55,779 nucleotides of DNA from a virus (IMGVR_UViG_3300032397_000016:1-55779); one strand, 5' to 3'; positions 1 through 9,624 are shown, counted from the stretch's first letter. Translations and numbers: made by a program. The notes: generated by a model from the letters alone, not told the origin.

Positions 1-1
1 T

Positions 2-994
2 CAGGTATGTGAACTGGGGACCGGCCTGAGTCCCACCACTTATGTAACTCTCAAGGCTACATCTGCCAATGCGACGATGTTACAGCGGGTGATTTTTGAC
101 GTCCCCGAAGACTGGCCGCCTGCAACGGTGGTGGACACAGGGTATAGTCAGATTCAGGTGGGCGACATAGTTGGATGGGTTCCTGGCGACGGCACAGAGA
201 CCGTCACGCGCGTCGCCGTAGATGTCGTGGTAGATGGGTACATCATTCCGTTCGCAGGATTGACTGGCGCGGTCCCCAACGTGTGTATTCAAGACCACTT
301 CTTTGCCCGTCTCGCAACGAATGTTGGCGGAGGTGAGTACACATTTACGGAGGTTATGCAGGACGGGGACCCGCGAGAGGGGACGGCCACAGAACTTAAC
401 GGGACGGACAACCTGCCGGTGGGTGAGGGCACCGAGTTCGACCCGGGCACGGTCGTCCGTATCTTTATGACATATAACGGCGTCTACTACTTCAGCGCCA
501 CGAACCCCTCTAGTGTCGTATTGACCGGCATGGAGGGGATATATGCCAACGAGACGGCGCCAGGGGAGTGGGAAATATCCGTTGAACTCTCGGGCGACCC
601 CGTGTTCCCCGGTCTTGAGTTTGACGACGAAGGTGAGTTTGCCGCCCTCAAGGCCAAGGTAGACGCCACCCGCGGCTTAGCCATTGACGGTGATGGTATA
701 TATGTTCAGATAGACGACGGTGAAGACGGGCTTATGTTCGATGAGGGGTTCATCAAAGTTGTGGTAAAGGCGGATTCAGGTATCGACACAGACCTATCCG
801 ACGGTCTTGCGGTTCTGCCAAATGGCGACGCCGGTGTTGGGGTTGACGCCGATGGTGTGGCGGTGTTGGTCGAAGGCAGCGACATCTTATATGCAAAACC
901 CGATGAGGAAGATGGGTGGATTACTTTTGACGCCACCGGCAAAGTGGCGCATGGCGACCCACAGACGATAAAGTTGGACACTACTACCTTATGA
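2..994 (+). CDS. Tail/fibre protein, C-terminal part; continues in frame from 55535 across the window junction (~412 aa in total)
   Basis: Frame is open from base 2 to ATG 77 and on to 994. Gly/Asp-rich ~15-aa repeats (GLAIDGDG, GLMFDEG, GVGVDADG) resemble fibre-shaft repeats. Follows the tape measure and distal tail genes on the circle. Confidence 0.6.
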   Translation, partial: QVCELGTGLSPTTYVTLKATSANATMLQRVIFDVPEDWPPATVVDTGYSQIQVGDIVGWVPGDGTETVTRVAVDVVVDGYIIPFAGLTGAVPNVCIQDHFFARLATNVGGGEYTFTEVMQDGDPREGTATELNGTDNLPVGEGTEFDPGTVVRIFMTYNGVYYFSATNPSSVVLTGMEGIYANETAPGEWEISVELSGDPVFPGLEFDDEGEFAALKAKVDATRGLAIDGDGIYVQIDDGEDGLMFDEGFIKVVVKADSGIDTDLSDGLAVLPNGDAGVGVDADGVAVLVEGSDILYAKPDEEDGWITFDATGKVAHGDPQTIKLDTTTL

Positions 995-1001
995 GCAACC
1001 C

Positions 1002-1439
1002 ATGGCGATTCTGAATCCTGAACTGAACTTCCGGGTAGATGCTCGCGGCCATGTGTTGGCTGTACAGGTATGGGAGTATGCGGAGTTCGGCGGCTACGAT
1101 TACTGGTGGTACGACCTGGACGGCAGCCTGTTGTCCTCCGGTCATTCGGTGCCGCGTCCTAACTGGGTTCTGGCGCTTCGGGTTGATGCGCGTGGCCATG
1201 TTGTTAACCTCCTTGTGAGAGAGGACGGTGTTTGGCCACCGTACTGGTACGACCTTGACGGCTACGTTGTAGGAAGTCACATTGGAATATTCCGTGGTCT
1301 ATCGGCCGTTCGGATTGATGCCCGCGGGCACATTCTTGCTGTGGCGGTCGCGGGATATGAGTACATAGAATGGTTTGACCTGGATAGTCAACGGATAGAC
1401 GAAGAGGTATCCGTAGGAGAGATGGGGCTAGGGCAATGA
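1002..1439 (+). CDS. Tail-associated protein with three R(V/I)DARGH...W(Y/F)DLD repeats
   Basis: Three internal repeats visible in the translation; lies in the tail fibre region. Confidence 0.55.
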   Translation: MAILNPELNFRVDARGHVLAVQVWEYAEFGGYDYWWYDLDGSLLSSGHSVPRPNWVLALRVDARGHVVNLLVREDGVWPPYWYDLDGYVVGSHIGIFRGLSAVRIDARGHILAVAVAGYEYIEWFDLDSQRIDEEVSVGEMGLGQ

Positions 1440-1666
1440 GTGGGCAATTCCTATTCCAACACACATTTGGGAGACCACAATTTCGTGTGGCACAGGAAAC
1501 TCTTGTGCAGGCCGGATTGGTACAGACCGTTCCGGAATACTTATGTGCACAGGGAGATGTGGTGCAGGAGTTGGTCTTTCAGACGAAGTACATTAGGGCG
1601 TCGTTCTTACTAGGCCAGGAGGATGCTGTCCAGGTCAACGCATTTAGAGGAGAGATATATGATTAA
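1436..1666 (+). CDS. Hypothetical protein
   Basis: ATGA overlap with the upstream stop; fills the gap between genes. Confidence 0.45.
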   Translation: MSGQFLFQHTFGRPQFRVAQETLVQAGLVQTVPEYLCAQGDVVQELVFQTKYIRASFLLGQEDAVQVNAFRGEIYD

Positions 1667-2447
1667 GCATAAGTTCGTATCCGGCAAGTCTGATGGGGGT
1701 GATACCAGTGTCGTGCGCCCCAGTAACTGGAACGCGGACCACGATGTTTCCGGGTCCGACTTTCCTCAATCGGCTATAACGGACCTCGTGGCCGACTTGG
1801 CCCTCAAGGCGCCCTCTTCGGGTATCGCTCAGGCGGCGGTTACGGACCTGGTTAGCGCGCTTGCGGCACGCTCTCTTACAACACATCATCATGGGGAGTT
1901 GTATAGAGGGTTTCCAGCCGCCGGCCGAAACATTTGGGTGTGTTCCCCCGTCACTGGTACCCCGTTGACTACTGGAATCCCTGCCCTCGGAACTCTACAG
2001 GCCACTCCGTTAATCATATCAAGAGCATGCACGATTGACCGTATAGCGGTCAACGTGACCACCCTCGTGGCTGGCGGAAAGATAACCATAGGTCTCTATA
2101 CCAACACAGCCAATGACATGTACCCGGATGCTAGACTGGCGTATGGTGAAGTACTTACGGATACGGCCGGGGTTAAGGAGGTTGTCGTAAGTCTGAACTT
2201 GGAACCGGGTCTGTATTGGCTGGTGTACGTGGGAAACACCGCCACTACATTGATAGTCAGGTCGTATGCTGTTGCATCTATGATTCCCGTACTATGGTTC
2301 GGGTCCACGCTCCCAGTAACTCCGCAACTTGGGTGGTCCCACGCAAGGGCGTACGATTCAACTCTCCCTGTGGCGTTCCCTACGGCGTCCCCGGCGTTGA
2401 TAGTTGCCGTACCCATAGCGACAGTGTTCGCTAGGATGTCGGCATAA
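1659..2447 (+). CDS. Putative tail fibre / virion structural protein
   Basis: ATG 1659 after AGAGGAG. N-terminal PSNWNADH, repeated AITDLVADL/AVTDLVSAL, beta-rich C-terminal domain. Confidence 0.55.
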   Translation: MIKHKFVSGKSDGGDTSVVRPSNWNADHDVSGSDFPQSAITDLVADLALKAPSSGIAQAAVTDLVSALAARSLTTHHHGELYRGFPAAGRNIWVCSPVTGTPLTTGIPALGTLQATPLIISRACTIDRIAVNVTTLVAGGKITIGLYTNTANDMYPDARLAYGEVLTDTAGVKEVVVSLNLEPGLYWLVYVGNTATTLIVRSYAVASMIPVLWFGSTLPVTPQLGWSHARAYDSTLPVAFPTASPALIVAVPIATVFARMSA

Positions 2448-2448
2448 G

Positions 2449-3432
2449 TCAGACGGGTAAACTTTGGCAGAACTGAAAGACCTCGGCTTTCGTGAGACCG
2501 CCGGGGTCTTTTCTTCCCGCGGGCACGGGTACCGCGCGCGGGGACGGCTTGATAAATGATAGAGCGTCGGCCAACTTGATGCAGTCGGCGTAGGCGTCTG
2601 TATCCAGCATGATGGATACATGCTTGAATCTCTCTGCAAGTTCCGCGATTAGAACGGCCTGCCGCGGCGTAGCACTCTTGCCAAAAAGCGCCACACCAAA
2701 TACGCCTTGCTTACTACCGTATAGAGTCAACTTCATAGCGTCCATCGGGCCTTCCGTAATCACCAGGTGCTCGCCCCCTGGATGCGCGAGGTTTGCTCCT
2801 AGAAGCGAGTCGCGAATGCCCCCAGAGCCTTCCGGATAGGTCAGGTAGCGTAACTGCGCATGCTTCGTGATTGCTCGACTCGTCCATCCTAGCAACTTGC
2901 AATAGTAAACTGGGATAATGATACGGCACTTATGTTCTCCGGTCATTGTGTAGCGGAGGTCAAATATCCGTACGAGGGTGGATAGTGCTTTGTCTTCGTT
3001 GAACCCGCGGCGTACGAGGTAGTGCCAGAAGCGCTTTCCGAACCCCTCATTGTCTATCATCCGAAAAGACTTCGGCATACGTATCTTGTGTGGCGGCTCT
3101 TGTTCCGGCGGCTTATCAAGAAGTCTCTCCTTAACACCGTCGAAGCCGTCGGGCACGCGCTCGCCGGATTCTCCTAAGAGGCGTCGAGCCTCGTCCCACG
3201 AGCACCCAGCCAACCGCATAATCAGGTGATGGGGTTTGCCTCCTCGGTGCGCGTAGTCCCTCCAGCATCGGAAGGCACCGGTTTGTGGGTTGATATTTAG
3301 ATGGTGGCTTGGGTCGTCAGAACAGAACGGGCACTTGATAGCAACCTCTCCGGCTCTCACGTTGGGGCCAGAGGTTACAAACTCAATCCCGAGGTCACTT
3401 AGAATCGTCTCAATATCTACCCGGAGCAGCAT
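2449..3432 (-). CDS. DNA primase (Zn-finger + TOPRIM)
   Basis: CPFC..DDPSHH..CWR zinc finger; TOPRIM EGPMDA and DTD motifs. ATG 3432 after GGAAGGA. The only clear minus-strand gene. Confidence 0.85.
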   Translation of the reverse strand: MLLRVDIETILSDLGIEFVTSGPNVRAGEVAIKCPFCSDDPSHHLNINPQTGAFRCWRDYAHRGGKPHHLIMRLAGCSWDEARRLLGESGERVPDGFDGVKERLLDKPPEQEPPHKIRMPKSFRMIDNEGFGKRFWHYLVRRGFNEDKALSTLVRIFDLRYTMTGEHKCRIIIPVYYCKLLGWTSRAITKHAQLRYLTYPEGSGGIRDSLLGANLAHPGGEHLVITEGPMDAMKLTLYGSKQGVFGVALFGKSATPRQAVLIAELAERFKHVSIMLDTDAYADCIKLADALSFIKPSPRAVPVPAGRKDPGGLTKAEVFQFCQSLPV

Positions 3433-3840
3433 TGTCCTTCCTTTCCAATAACCGCCCCCTTTGGCCCGATGTAGCCTTGTCAGCGCCACCAAGTCAAATG
3501 GGCATAACTAGCCCGGCTAACGCCTTGCAACCGGCAGACACTTCTTCATATCGGGACTGGGTTGACGGGGTTGGGTCAGAGCCCAGATTCGTTTTGTTGT
3601 CCTATCCCTGCCGGGGATTTCAGGCGCTCGTGTCCGCGCTCCCGGTTAAGAGCGCTGCCTTATGGACAAATCCACACGCTTCGCTTGTACCGGGGTCGTG
3701 TGCCCGGTGTCAGAGGTTAGCGGGAGTGCCGATTTTAGCCCGAGCCCGTCATTGCTCCCGGCTCCGTCGCCGCCAGTCGTCGACTAGTCGAGCGACCGCC
3801 TGCACCTCTCTTGTACGCGCGAGGGCTTGAAATCAGGCTC
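3433..3840 (-). other. ~400-nt non-coding, hairpin-rich region upstream of primase (candidate origin or structured RNA)
   Basis: No convincing ORF; several stem-loops; perfect palindrome TCGACTAGTCGA at 3780-3791; lies between divergent genes. Confidence 0.4.
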
Positions 3841-3844
3841 TATT

Positions 3845-3866
3845 TTGAGGACCGTTCCTGTATAAC
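3845..3866 (+). promoter_or_regulatory. Short-spacer promoter-like motif TTGAGG-N10-TATAAC (copy 1)
   Basis: Same arrangement at 26731 and 30955; lies just upstream of the RBS and ATG at 3887. Confidence 0.5.
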
Positions 3867-3886
3867 TGTGTGAGAGGAGACGGGTC

Positions 3887-4468
3887 ATGAAAAAGCCGGA
3901 AGCCAAAATGAGCATTATAGTTCGCTACATATCGACAGTAGCCGACGTGATGCGCAATGTCTCAAAGCAATCAAGCAAGCCCACGACGTTTATTGGAATC
4001 CATGAGTTGGTGCTTGTAAATGGTAAGTTCATGCCGACTGGACCGTTTCCAAAAGGCCTCAGGCGCGGAAAGATGGGGGAGTGCTTCTACAATGCGTTTA
4101 GGTTGACGATGGACAACCCGCGTAGATTTGTATACGTTGAGGGGTACGCATGTGGGAAGATTCCGCTACCGCTGGAGCACGGTTGGGTATGGGACCGAAA
4201 ACTTGGCAAAGTGCTCGACCCTACCTGGAATGAAAGTACTGAATACTACGGGATACCGTTTAAGTGGGACTTTGTTTGCAGGACGGTCGTAGACCGTAAG
4301 AGATATGGAGTTATCGACAACATGGAGCAGAACTTTCCACTTCTCCGACTTCCGGAACTAATCAAGAGCGTTGTCGAAACCCAGTTAGATATGCCGCGCG
4401 TGCGGCTGAGCAAGGTCAAGTCGCAGACTCAGGGGTGGGTTGATGTCATTCGGGGGATGAAGCCATAA
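3887..4468 (+). CDS. Phage protein with transglutaminase/papain-like Cys-His-Asp pattern
   Basis: GECFYNA...YVEGYA...HGWVWD...DPTW...YYG; RBS GAGGAG. Confidence 0.55.
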   Translation: MKKPEAKMSIIVRYISTVADVMRNVSKQSSKPTTFIGIHELVLVNGKFMPTGPFPKGLRRGKMGECFYNAFRLTMDNPRRFVYVEGYACGKIPLPLEHGWVWDRKLGKVLDPTWNESTEYYGIPFKWDFVCRTVVDRKRYGVIDNMEQNFPLLRLPELIKSVVETQLDMPRVRLSKVKSQTQGWVDVIRGMKP

Positions 4469-4541
4469 GCCTGCCCATCGGCCCGCGCGTGCGGCTGAAA
4501 GAGCACCGGAATACTCATAGAAAAAAGTGCGTAAAATCTTC

Positions 4542-4569
4542 TTGACTCTCGCAGCGCCTATGATACTAT
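4542..4569 (+). promoter_or_regulatory. Sigma70-like promoter
   Basis: TTGACT-N16-TACTAT with TGn extension, upstream of AAGGAG and ATG 4590. Confidence 0.45.
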
Positions 4570-4589
4570 TGACTGCAAGGAGAAATGCA

Positions 4590-4805
4590 ATGGCCAAGAA
4601 ACAGTGGTGGAACGTGCGGCGGCTCTCTGCCGGTAGGTGGGAAATAAAAGAGAGGGGTTCGTGCGGCCACGAAACCTTTGCATATCTCGATGATGAGCCT
4701 ACGGATGCGGAAGTGGTTTCCATCTCGCGGGCTCTGAAAGAAGAGGACTGCGTGGATTGCGCGGCCCGCAGAATGGGAGGTATGTCGTCATGTCCACAAG
4801 GGTAA
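4590..4805 (+). CDS. Small Cys/His-containing hypothetical protein
   Basis: RBS AAGGAG; CGH...CxxC. Confidence 0.55.
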   Translation: MAKKQWWNVRRLSAGRWEIKERGSCGHETFAYLDDEPTDAEVVSISRALKEEDCVDCAARRMGGMSSCPQG

Positions 4806-5044
4806 AGTTGGATAGCGGGAAGCGGGTCCAGAAGGTCAACGTCCGGCGGCTCTGGACTTTGCATGACCTCACAAGGGTTTTTCATCGGTCGATGCAAACG
4901 GTTCTGAATTGGAGGGCCAATGAGGGACTACCATGTATTGAGATACCTGGCAGTCTTCGTCCGGCCATTCGGTACGAACCGAAAGCGGTGCTCAAGTGGG
5001 CTTTGGAACACGACAAAGACATCTACCAAGTAAAGCGCGCGTGA
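4790..5044 (+). CDS. MerR/excisionase-like HTH DNA-binding protein
   Basis: LTRVFHRSMQTVLNWRANEGLP...IRY pattern; RBS GGAGG. Confidence 0.65.
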   Translation: MSTRVKLDSGKRVQKVNVRRLWTLHDLTRVFHRSMQTVLNWRANEGLPCIEIPGSLRPAIRYEPKAVLKWALEHDKDIYQVKRA

Positions 5045-5493
5045 CGGCGCAAGCCGTCTTAGAGTGCTTGCCATATCTGCCTCCCGATGTGTTGGCAGAC
5101 GTCGCCCTTCGTGCGGCCATGCTTTCCTCCGGCAACAAGGTTGACCCGGCCACACTTGAATATGGCGCAATATGTGAGTGCCTTCGGGCCGTCGGTGTGG
5201 TGTCGCCGCCTATCTCGGTTGCCAGGCGCAACCGGCGCTTTGGCCAGATAACCGCCGGTCTCGTCGCCTCCGCTGAGTACATCGAAAGACATTTCCCCGT
5301 ATCGACGCGTCCGCAACGCGCGGCCGTGCTAAAGATGATGATAGAACTCTGCATACGTGACCTTCGTCGGGGTGGCATCCCCGTATCGGTGTTCACGGTC
5401 GGGACGGCTCTCCGAAACGTGGGCAGGGTGATTGACTTTGCTTTTCCTGGTTACGCCGACGCGGCGCTTCTGTGGATTCTACTGCGAGGGTAA
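5041..5493 (+). CDS. Hypothetical protein
   Basis: GTGA overlap start; C-terminal FPGY motif. Confidence 0.55.
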   Translation: MTAQAVLECLPYLPPDVLADVALRAAMLSSGNKVDPATLEYGAICECLRAVGVVSPPISVARRNRRFGQITAGLVASAEYIERHFPVSTRPQRAAVLKMMIELCIRDLRRGGIPVSVFTVGTALRNVGRVIDFAFPGYADAALLWILLRG

Positions 5494-5494
5494 T

Positions 5495-5890
5495 ATGGAC
5501 CCGGCTATCTACGGATGTATATGCTACTACGCCGCCTCAATCTACCCCGTGTTTGAGCGGGTGGGTTACCGGCGCGCGGAGTTAGCGGCAAAAGCCGCCG
5601 AGAGCGCTTCGGTGGTCTATCCCCTCTTTATGCGAGACAAGAAGGGCCAATTCCCAGAAGTAGACATACCATGCTTTGGTAAGAAGTCAACCCCATTCGC
5701 GGCGGCGGTTATGGCCGCGTTCTTGGTATGGACCCAGCGCGCCGCGGGGTTTCCGTTGCCCACGAGTCCCATACTTCAAGCGGCCGATGATGGGTACAAC
5801 TTGTGGAAAATGGAACACTGCGGCTGTACAGTGCGCCGTGTTAAGTTAAACGAGAAGATGCTTAAACGGGTTCAATTACTAGATAAGTGA
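5495..5890 (+). CDS. Hypothetical protein
   Basis: ATG right after the upstream stop; RBS GAGG. Confidence 0.55.
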   Translation: MDPAIYGCICYYAASIYPVFERVGYRRAELAAKAAESASVVYPLFMRDKKGQFPEVDIPCFGKKSTPFAAAVMAAFLVWTQRAAGFPLPTSPILQAADDGYNLWKMEHCGCTVRRVKLNEKMLKRVQLLDK

Positions 5891-5899
5891 GGTGGTAGA

Positions 5900-7315
5900 G
5901 TGGCCGGGCTAACTGCCGCTGTGCAAGAGGGGTTGGTAGGACTTCTGTGCTTTGACGAAAAGACCGGTGCGTTGCTCAAGTCGATTATCCCGGCGGAAAA
6001 CTTTGATGTCTACTACCGGTCATTAGTCGATGCGGCCACGAAGTTCTGGGCGCAATTTGGCAAGCCCCCAGGAGAGCACACCCTTGACCTAATCGACGAG
6101 TTGGTTAGGAAGCGGCCCAAGGACAAGGACTTGCTCAAACGGCTTATGCGGAGCCTTTTTGAGTCGAGAGACCGGTTAAATGCAGAATACTTGATGGGCC
6201 AGGCGGCTAGATTCGTCCGGCTCCAACGTATGAAAGCGGGGATAACCGAAGCGGTCGACCTGATACAGGCCGACAAGTTGGACGACGCGGAAACCGTGCT
6301 TGCGGCCGCCATGCGCAAGTCCTATGACCTGTTTGACCCCGGAACATTTCTCACCGATGCCAAGAGGAGTTTGGCATTTCTACATGACCATGCAACATCG
6401 TTCCCTACCGGCATATCGGAACTGGACAACGTAGGGCTGGGGCCGGTTCGGAAGGAGTTGCACCTGTTCGTTGCAAGGCCGAAGCGGGGCAAGACGTGGT
6501 GGCTCGTCAACCTCGGGAAGCAAGCACTTGTGCACGGGTATAAGGTTCTCCATGTCACACTTGAGATGTCCGAGGCCAGGATTTCGCAACGGTACATGCA
6601 AGCACTTTTCAGCATAAGTAAGCGCAAGGCCCAACACAAGCGAATCGCGTTCGTCAAGGACTCCCTCGGCCGTCTTATTGACCTCAAGGAAAAGGCCGTG
6701 CCTAAGCGCCCGGGTCTAAACAGTCCGGGCATAGAGAGATATTTACGGGCGTCGCTTCAAGGATGGGAGCGCCGCCCTCCGTTGCTTATCAAGGAGTTTC
6801 CAACAGGGTCGCTCACGGTGAAGGAACTGGAGGGCTATCTTGATATGTTGGAAGCGTCCTCGGGGTTCATGCCCGACCTGTTGCTCCTGGACTACGCCGA
6901 CCTAATGAACATTGACACCCGTAATTATCGGCACGAATTGCAACGGGTCTATAAGGACGTGCGCGGCCTCGCGCTCACGCGCAACATCGCGGTGGCCACA
7001 GCGTCGCAAGCGAACCGAGAGGGCGGCAAGGCCAAACTGATTACAGATATGCACGCGGCCGAAGCCGACGCCAAAGGCGCAATTGTAGATACCATGATAA
7101 CCTACAATCGGACGCCTGAGGAAAAACGGTGCGCGTTGGCGCGCCTCTTTGTGGCGGCGGCTCGCAACGACGCCGACCAATTCCAGATATTGATAAGCCA
7201 GAATTACTCAATCGGCCAGTTCTTTTTCGATAGTACCAGAATGCTAGGTAGATACGGGGATATTCTCCCGACACTTGGCGGCGAAGACGAAGAAGAGGAC
7301 GAGGTGGACGATTGA
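5900..7315 (+). CDS. dnaB: Replicative DNA helicase, DnaB family
   Basis: Walker A ARPKRGKT, TLEM, LLDYAD, ASQANR motifs. Confidence 0.9.
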   Translation: MAGLTAAVQEGLVGLLCFDEKTGALLKSIIPAENFDVYYRSLVDAATKFWAQFGKPPGEHTLDLIDELVRKRPKDKDLLKRLMRSLFESRDRLNAEYLMGQAARFVRLQRMKAGITEAVDLIQADKLDDAETVLAAAMRKSYDLFDPGTFLTDAKRSLAFLHDHATSFPTGISELDNVGLGPVRKELHLFVARPKRGKTWWLVNLGKQALVHGYKVLHVTLEMSEARISQRYMQALFSISKRKAQHKRIAFVKDSLGRLIDLKEKAVPKRPGLNSPGIERYLRASLQGWERRPPLLIKEFPTGSLTVKELEGYLDMLEASSGFMPDLLLLDYADLMNIDTRNYRHELQRVYKDVRGLALTRNIAVATASQANREGGKAKLITDMHAAEADAKGAIVDTMITYNRTPEEKRCALARLFVAAARNDADQFQILISQNYSIGQFFFDSTRMLGRYGDILPTLGGEDEEEDEVDD

Positions 7316-8853
7316 TTTCCAAATATGCAGCCCGGGCATTTCTCGACAGACCTCTACGTGATACGAACAGGTTTCGCGAGAAGTCACATCAGTGGGTGGC
7401 CAGCATGTTGGCTACCATGCACCCGACCCCTCGATTCGAGACCGCACCTCGGCATCATCAGAACATATGTTTTTGGCTGTGCATCAAGCGCAAGGAGTTG
7501 GTGCTTTGGCTCGACATGGGGACCGGCAAGACCAAGATAATGCTCGACGTCTTTCGGCAGTTGCGGCGGCAGGGGGACGCCAAGCGGTGCCTGGTGCTTG
7601 TGCCCACGCTTTCAACCGTCGAGACATGGAGAGAGCAACGTAAGACGCACGCACCCGACCTGTCGTTTAGGACATGCACCGGCGATTTGACCAAGAAGGC
7701 TAAGACCCGATTGATAGAGCGCGGCAAGGCCCACATTGTGGTCTTGACATACCAAGGATGGTTGTCGCTCGTTTCCAAGACAGTCAAGAAAAAGAAGCGC
7801 CGCCGGTGGACTCTTGATAAGCCTCTCCTGCGGCGTCTAGCCAGCCAATTCGACATGGTTGTATATGACGAGGTGACGGCGCTTCAGAACAACCTATCCC
7901 TGGTTTTCCGCGCGTCGCGCGCGATGCGGAAGATAATCACTTATCGGTATGGCCTTACCGGCACGCCCTTCGGCCGTCACCCTCAAGACATATGGGCTCA
8001 ATTCTACGCCGTCGACGGCGGCGCTGCCCTAGGAAAGACCCTCGGCCTGTTCCGAGCCGCGTTCTTTACCAGGAGCGACAACTATTGGGGCGGCTACATA
8101 TACAATTTTCGGAAGAGGCAGACCCGTGACCTTCGGAGAATGGTTGCACACTCGTCGATACGATTTGGTAACGAGCATTGTCCGGACCTTCCGCCGCTTG
8201 TGCGGCTCCGTCGGCCTTTGCGATTCCACGCCGGCGCGCTTGACCACTACGCCGACCTACGGGAACAGTGGCGCGACGCTCGTGGACGCGTCGACGTATT
8301 GCAATCGGTTTTTCTCCGAGCCAGGCAACTGGCCAGCGGCTACATAACTGGGGTGGACGCTCTCGGCAACCGGCAGTATGCACGTTTGCGAAGTGTCAAG
8401 ATGGATGATTTCTTGGAGTTTCTTTGGGAGGTTGGTCCCAAGGAAAAAGTCGTCGTCTTTCACGAATACATCTACACCGGCTCATGGCTCTCCGAAGTGC
8501 TTGGCAACCAGCGCATTGGTCACGAGCGCTTGTATTCCGGCACGCGCGACCGCGGGGCGGTGCTCACGCGGTTCAACACAGACCCGACGTGCCGGGTACT
8601 TCTTGTGAACAACACCAGCGGCGCACTCGGCCTGAATCTCCAGAAGGCCAGATATGGGTATTTCTTTGAGTCACCTGTGGACCCCAAAATACGCAGGCAG
8701 GCGGAGTGCCGATTGCACCGGCAAGGGCAGAAACGGCGTACATATCTGGTGGACCCGTACATTAGGAACAGTGTCGATGAGCGCATTGTTGAATATCTCC
8801 GGCAAGGCAAAGACCTTTTCGCCGCGCTGGTCGACGGCCGCGAAGTGCTCTAA
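7312..8853 (+). CDS. SNF2-family (SF2) helicase
   Basis: DMGTGKT, DEVT, LTGTP, GLNLQ, QAECRLHRQGQ motifs. Confidence 0.88.
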   Translation: MISKYAARAFLDRPLRDTNRFREKSHQWVASMLATMHPTPRFETAPRHHQNICFWLCIKRKELVLWLDMGTGKTKIMLDVFRQLRRQGDAKRCLVLVPTLSTVETWREQRKTHAPDLSFRTCTGDLTKKAKTRLIERGKAHIVVLTYQGWLSLVSKTVKKKKRRRWTLDKPLLRRLASQFDMVVYDEVTALQNNLSLVFRASRAMRKIITYRYGLTGTPFGRHPQDIWAQFYAVDGGAALGKTLGLFRAAFFTRSDNYWGGYIYNFRKRQTRDLRRMVAHSSIRFGNEHCPDLPPLVRLRRPLRFHAGALDHYADLREQWRDARGRVDVLQSVFLRARQLASGYITGVDALGNRQYARLRSVKMDDFLEFLWEVGPKEKVVVFHEYIYTGSWLSEVLGNQRIGHERLYSGTRDRGAVLTRFNTDPTCRVLLVNNTSGALGLNLQKARYGYFFESPVDPKIRRQAECRLHRQGQKRRTYLVDPYIRNSVDERIVEYLRQGKDLFAALVDGREVL

Positions 8854-8961
8854 GTCCCAAAAGCGCTCAAAAAGGCCAATGTATTTGGCCTTTGGAACCC
8901 AAGTCCTTTGTTTACAAGCACTTGGGTTAAGAAGATTTTGGCGGACTCTGCCGGATTCTTA

Positions 8962-8990
8962 TTGACCGGCCGCTGGGCCTGGTGTATAAT
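8962..8990 (+). promoter_or_regulatory. Consensus sigma70 (early) promoter
   Basis: TTGACC-N17-TATAAT. Confidence 0.8.
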
Positions 8991-8996
8991 TAGGGC

Positions 8997-9350
8997 AGAT
9001 TTGACAAGTGAAGACGCACCCCGGAAGCGCAGGGGCGGCATTGCTCCCGCAGGTCGGCCTGATACTCGCAGGATGCGGCGGCGGCAGAGTGCCGGCGGAG
9101 ACATCTAGTAGTGAGCCCGTCATAGATACGGGACGCGAAAGACCTCCGACCCCGAGCACAAGACTTTCGGAAAGTAACCCGCCCCGTTGACCAACGAAAT
9201 GAGGCGCGGGAACCCTAGAGCAATCTAGGGGTGTGCGTGTGTGATATGCACACATAGCGCGTCGCGTCCCATTAAACGGAGAGCGACGGCGGTTAGCCCG
9301 CCTTAGATGCGGGACGCCGACCCGTCGGCTCGTCTAGCCTCGCGCGTCCG
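8997..9350 (+). ncRNA. Candidate structured leader / ncRNA (~350 nt)
   Basis: Between the promoter and the first gene. Stems include CCCTAGA-GCAA-TCTAGGG, GTGTGCGT..ATGCACAC, GCGTCCC..GGGACGC, CCCGT..ACGGG. Confidence 0.45.
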
Positions 9351-9356
9351 GGACCC

Positions 9357-9420
9357 GGACCTACGAGCACCAAAGTCCTTGGTGCTCCGTGGCCCGTGCC
9401 TCATGCCGAGACACGTACAA
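9357..9420 (+). repeat. Pre-gene structured repeat element, copy A
   Basis: Hairpin GAGCACCAA/TTGGTGCTC plus 30 bp identical to 9660-9689; directly before the RBS. Confidence 0.8.
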
Positions 9421-9432
9421 GGAGAGTGAGAT

Positions 9433-9621
9433 ATGAATAAGAAAAAGATTCATCTGGCCTGCCCGCAGTGTGGTTCCAGGGCTTTCGGGGCGTATCGTCG
9501 AAGCGAGACAATCAAGGTGCAACACGGCCGCGCCGTCAAGGTCGGTGACATGGTTCTGTGGTGTGAAGGGTGTGCATGGGAAGGACCGCACGCCGACCTC
9601 GTCGCAGTCAAATACGCGTAG
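9433..9621 (+). CDS. Small zinc-ribbon protein
   Basis: CPQC...CEGC; RBS AAGGAG. Confidence 0.7.
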   Translation: MNKKKIHLACPQCGSRAFGAYRRSETIKVQHGRAVKVGDMVLWCEGCAWEGPHADLVAVKYA

Positions 9622-9624
9622 GTA

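Noticed and set aside
1002-2447. Diversity-generating retroelement target or template
   Set aside because: No reverse transcriptase and no adenine-specific mismatched repeat pair seen.
9110-9160. GGGACGCGAAAGACCTCCG resembling a c-di-GMP-I riboswitch
   Set aside because: The GGCAAAC start, GNRA-capped P2 and receptor are not recognisable.
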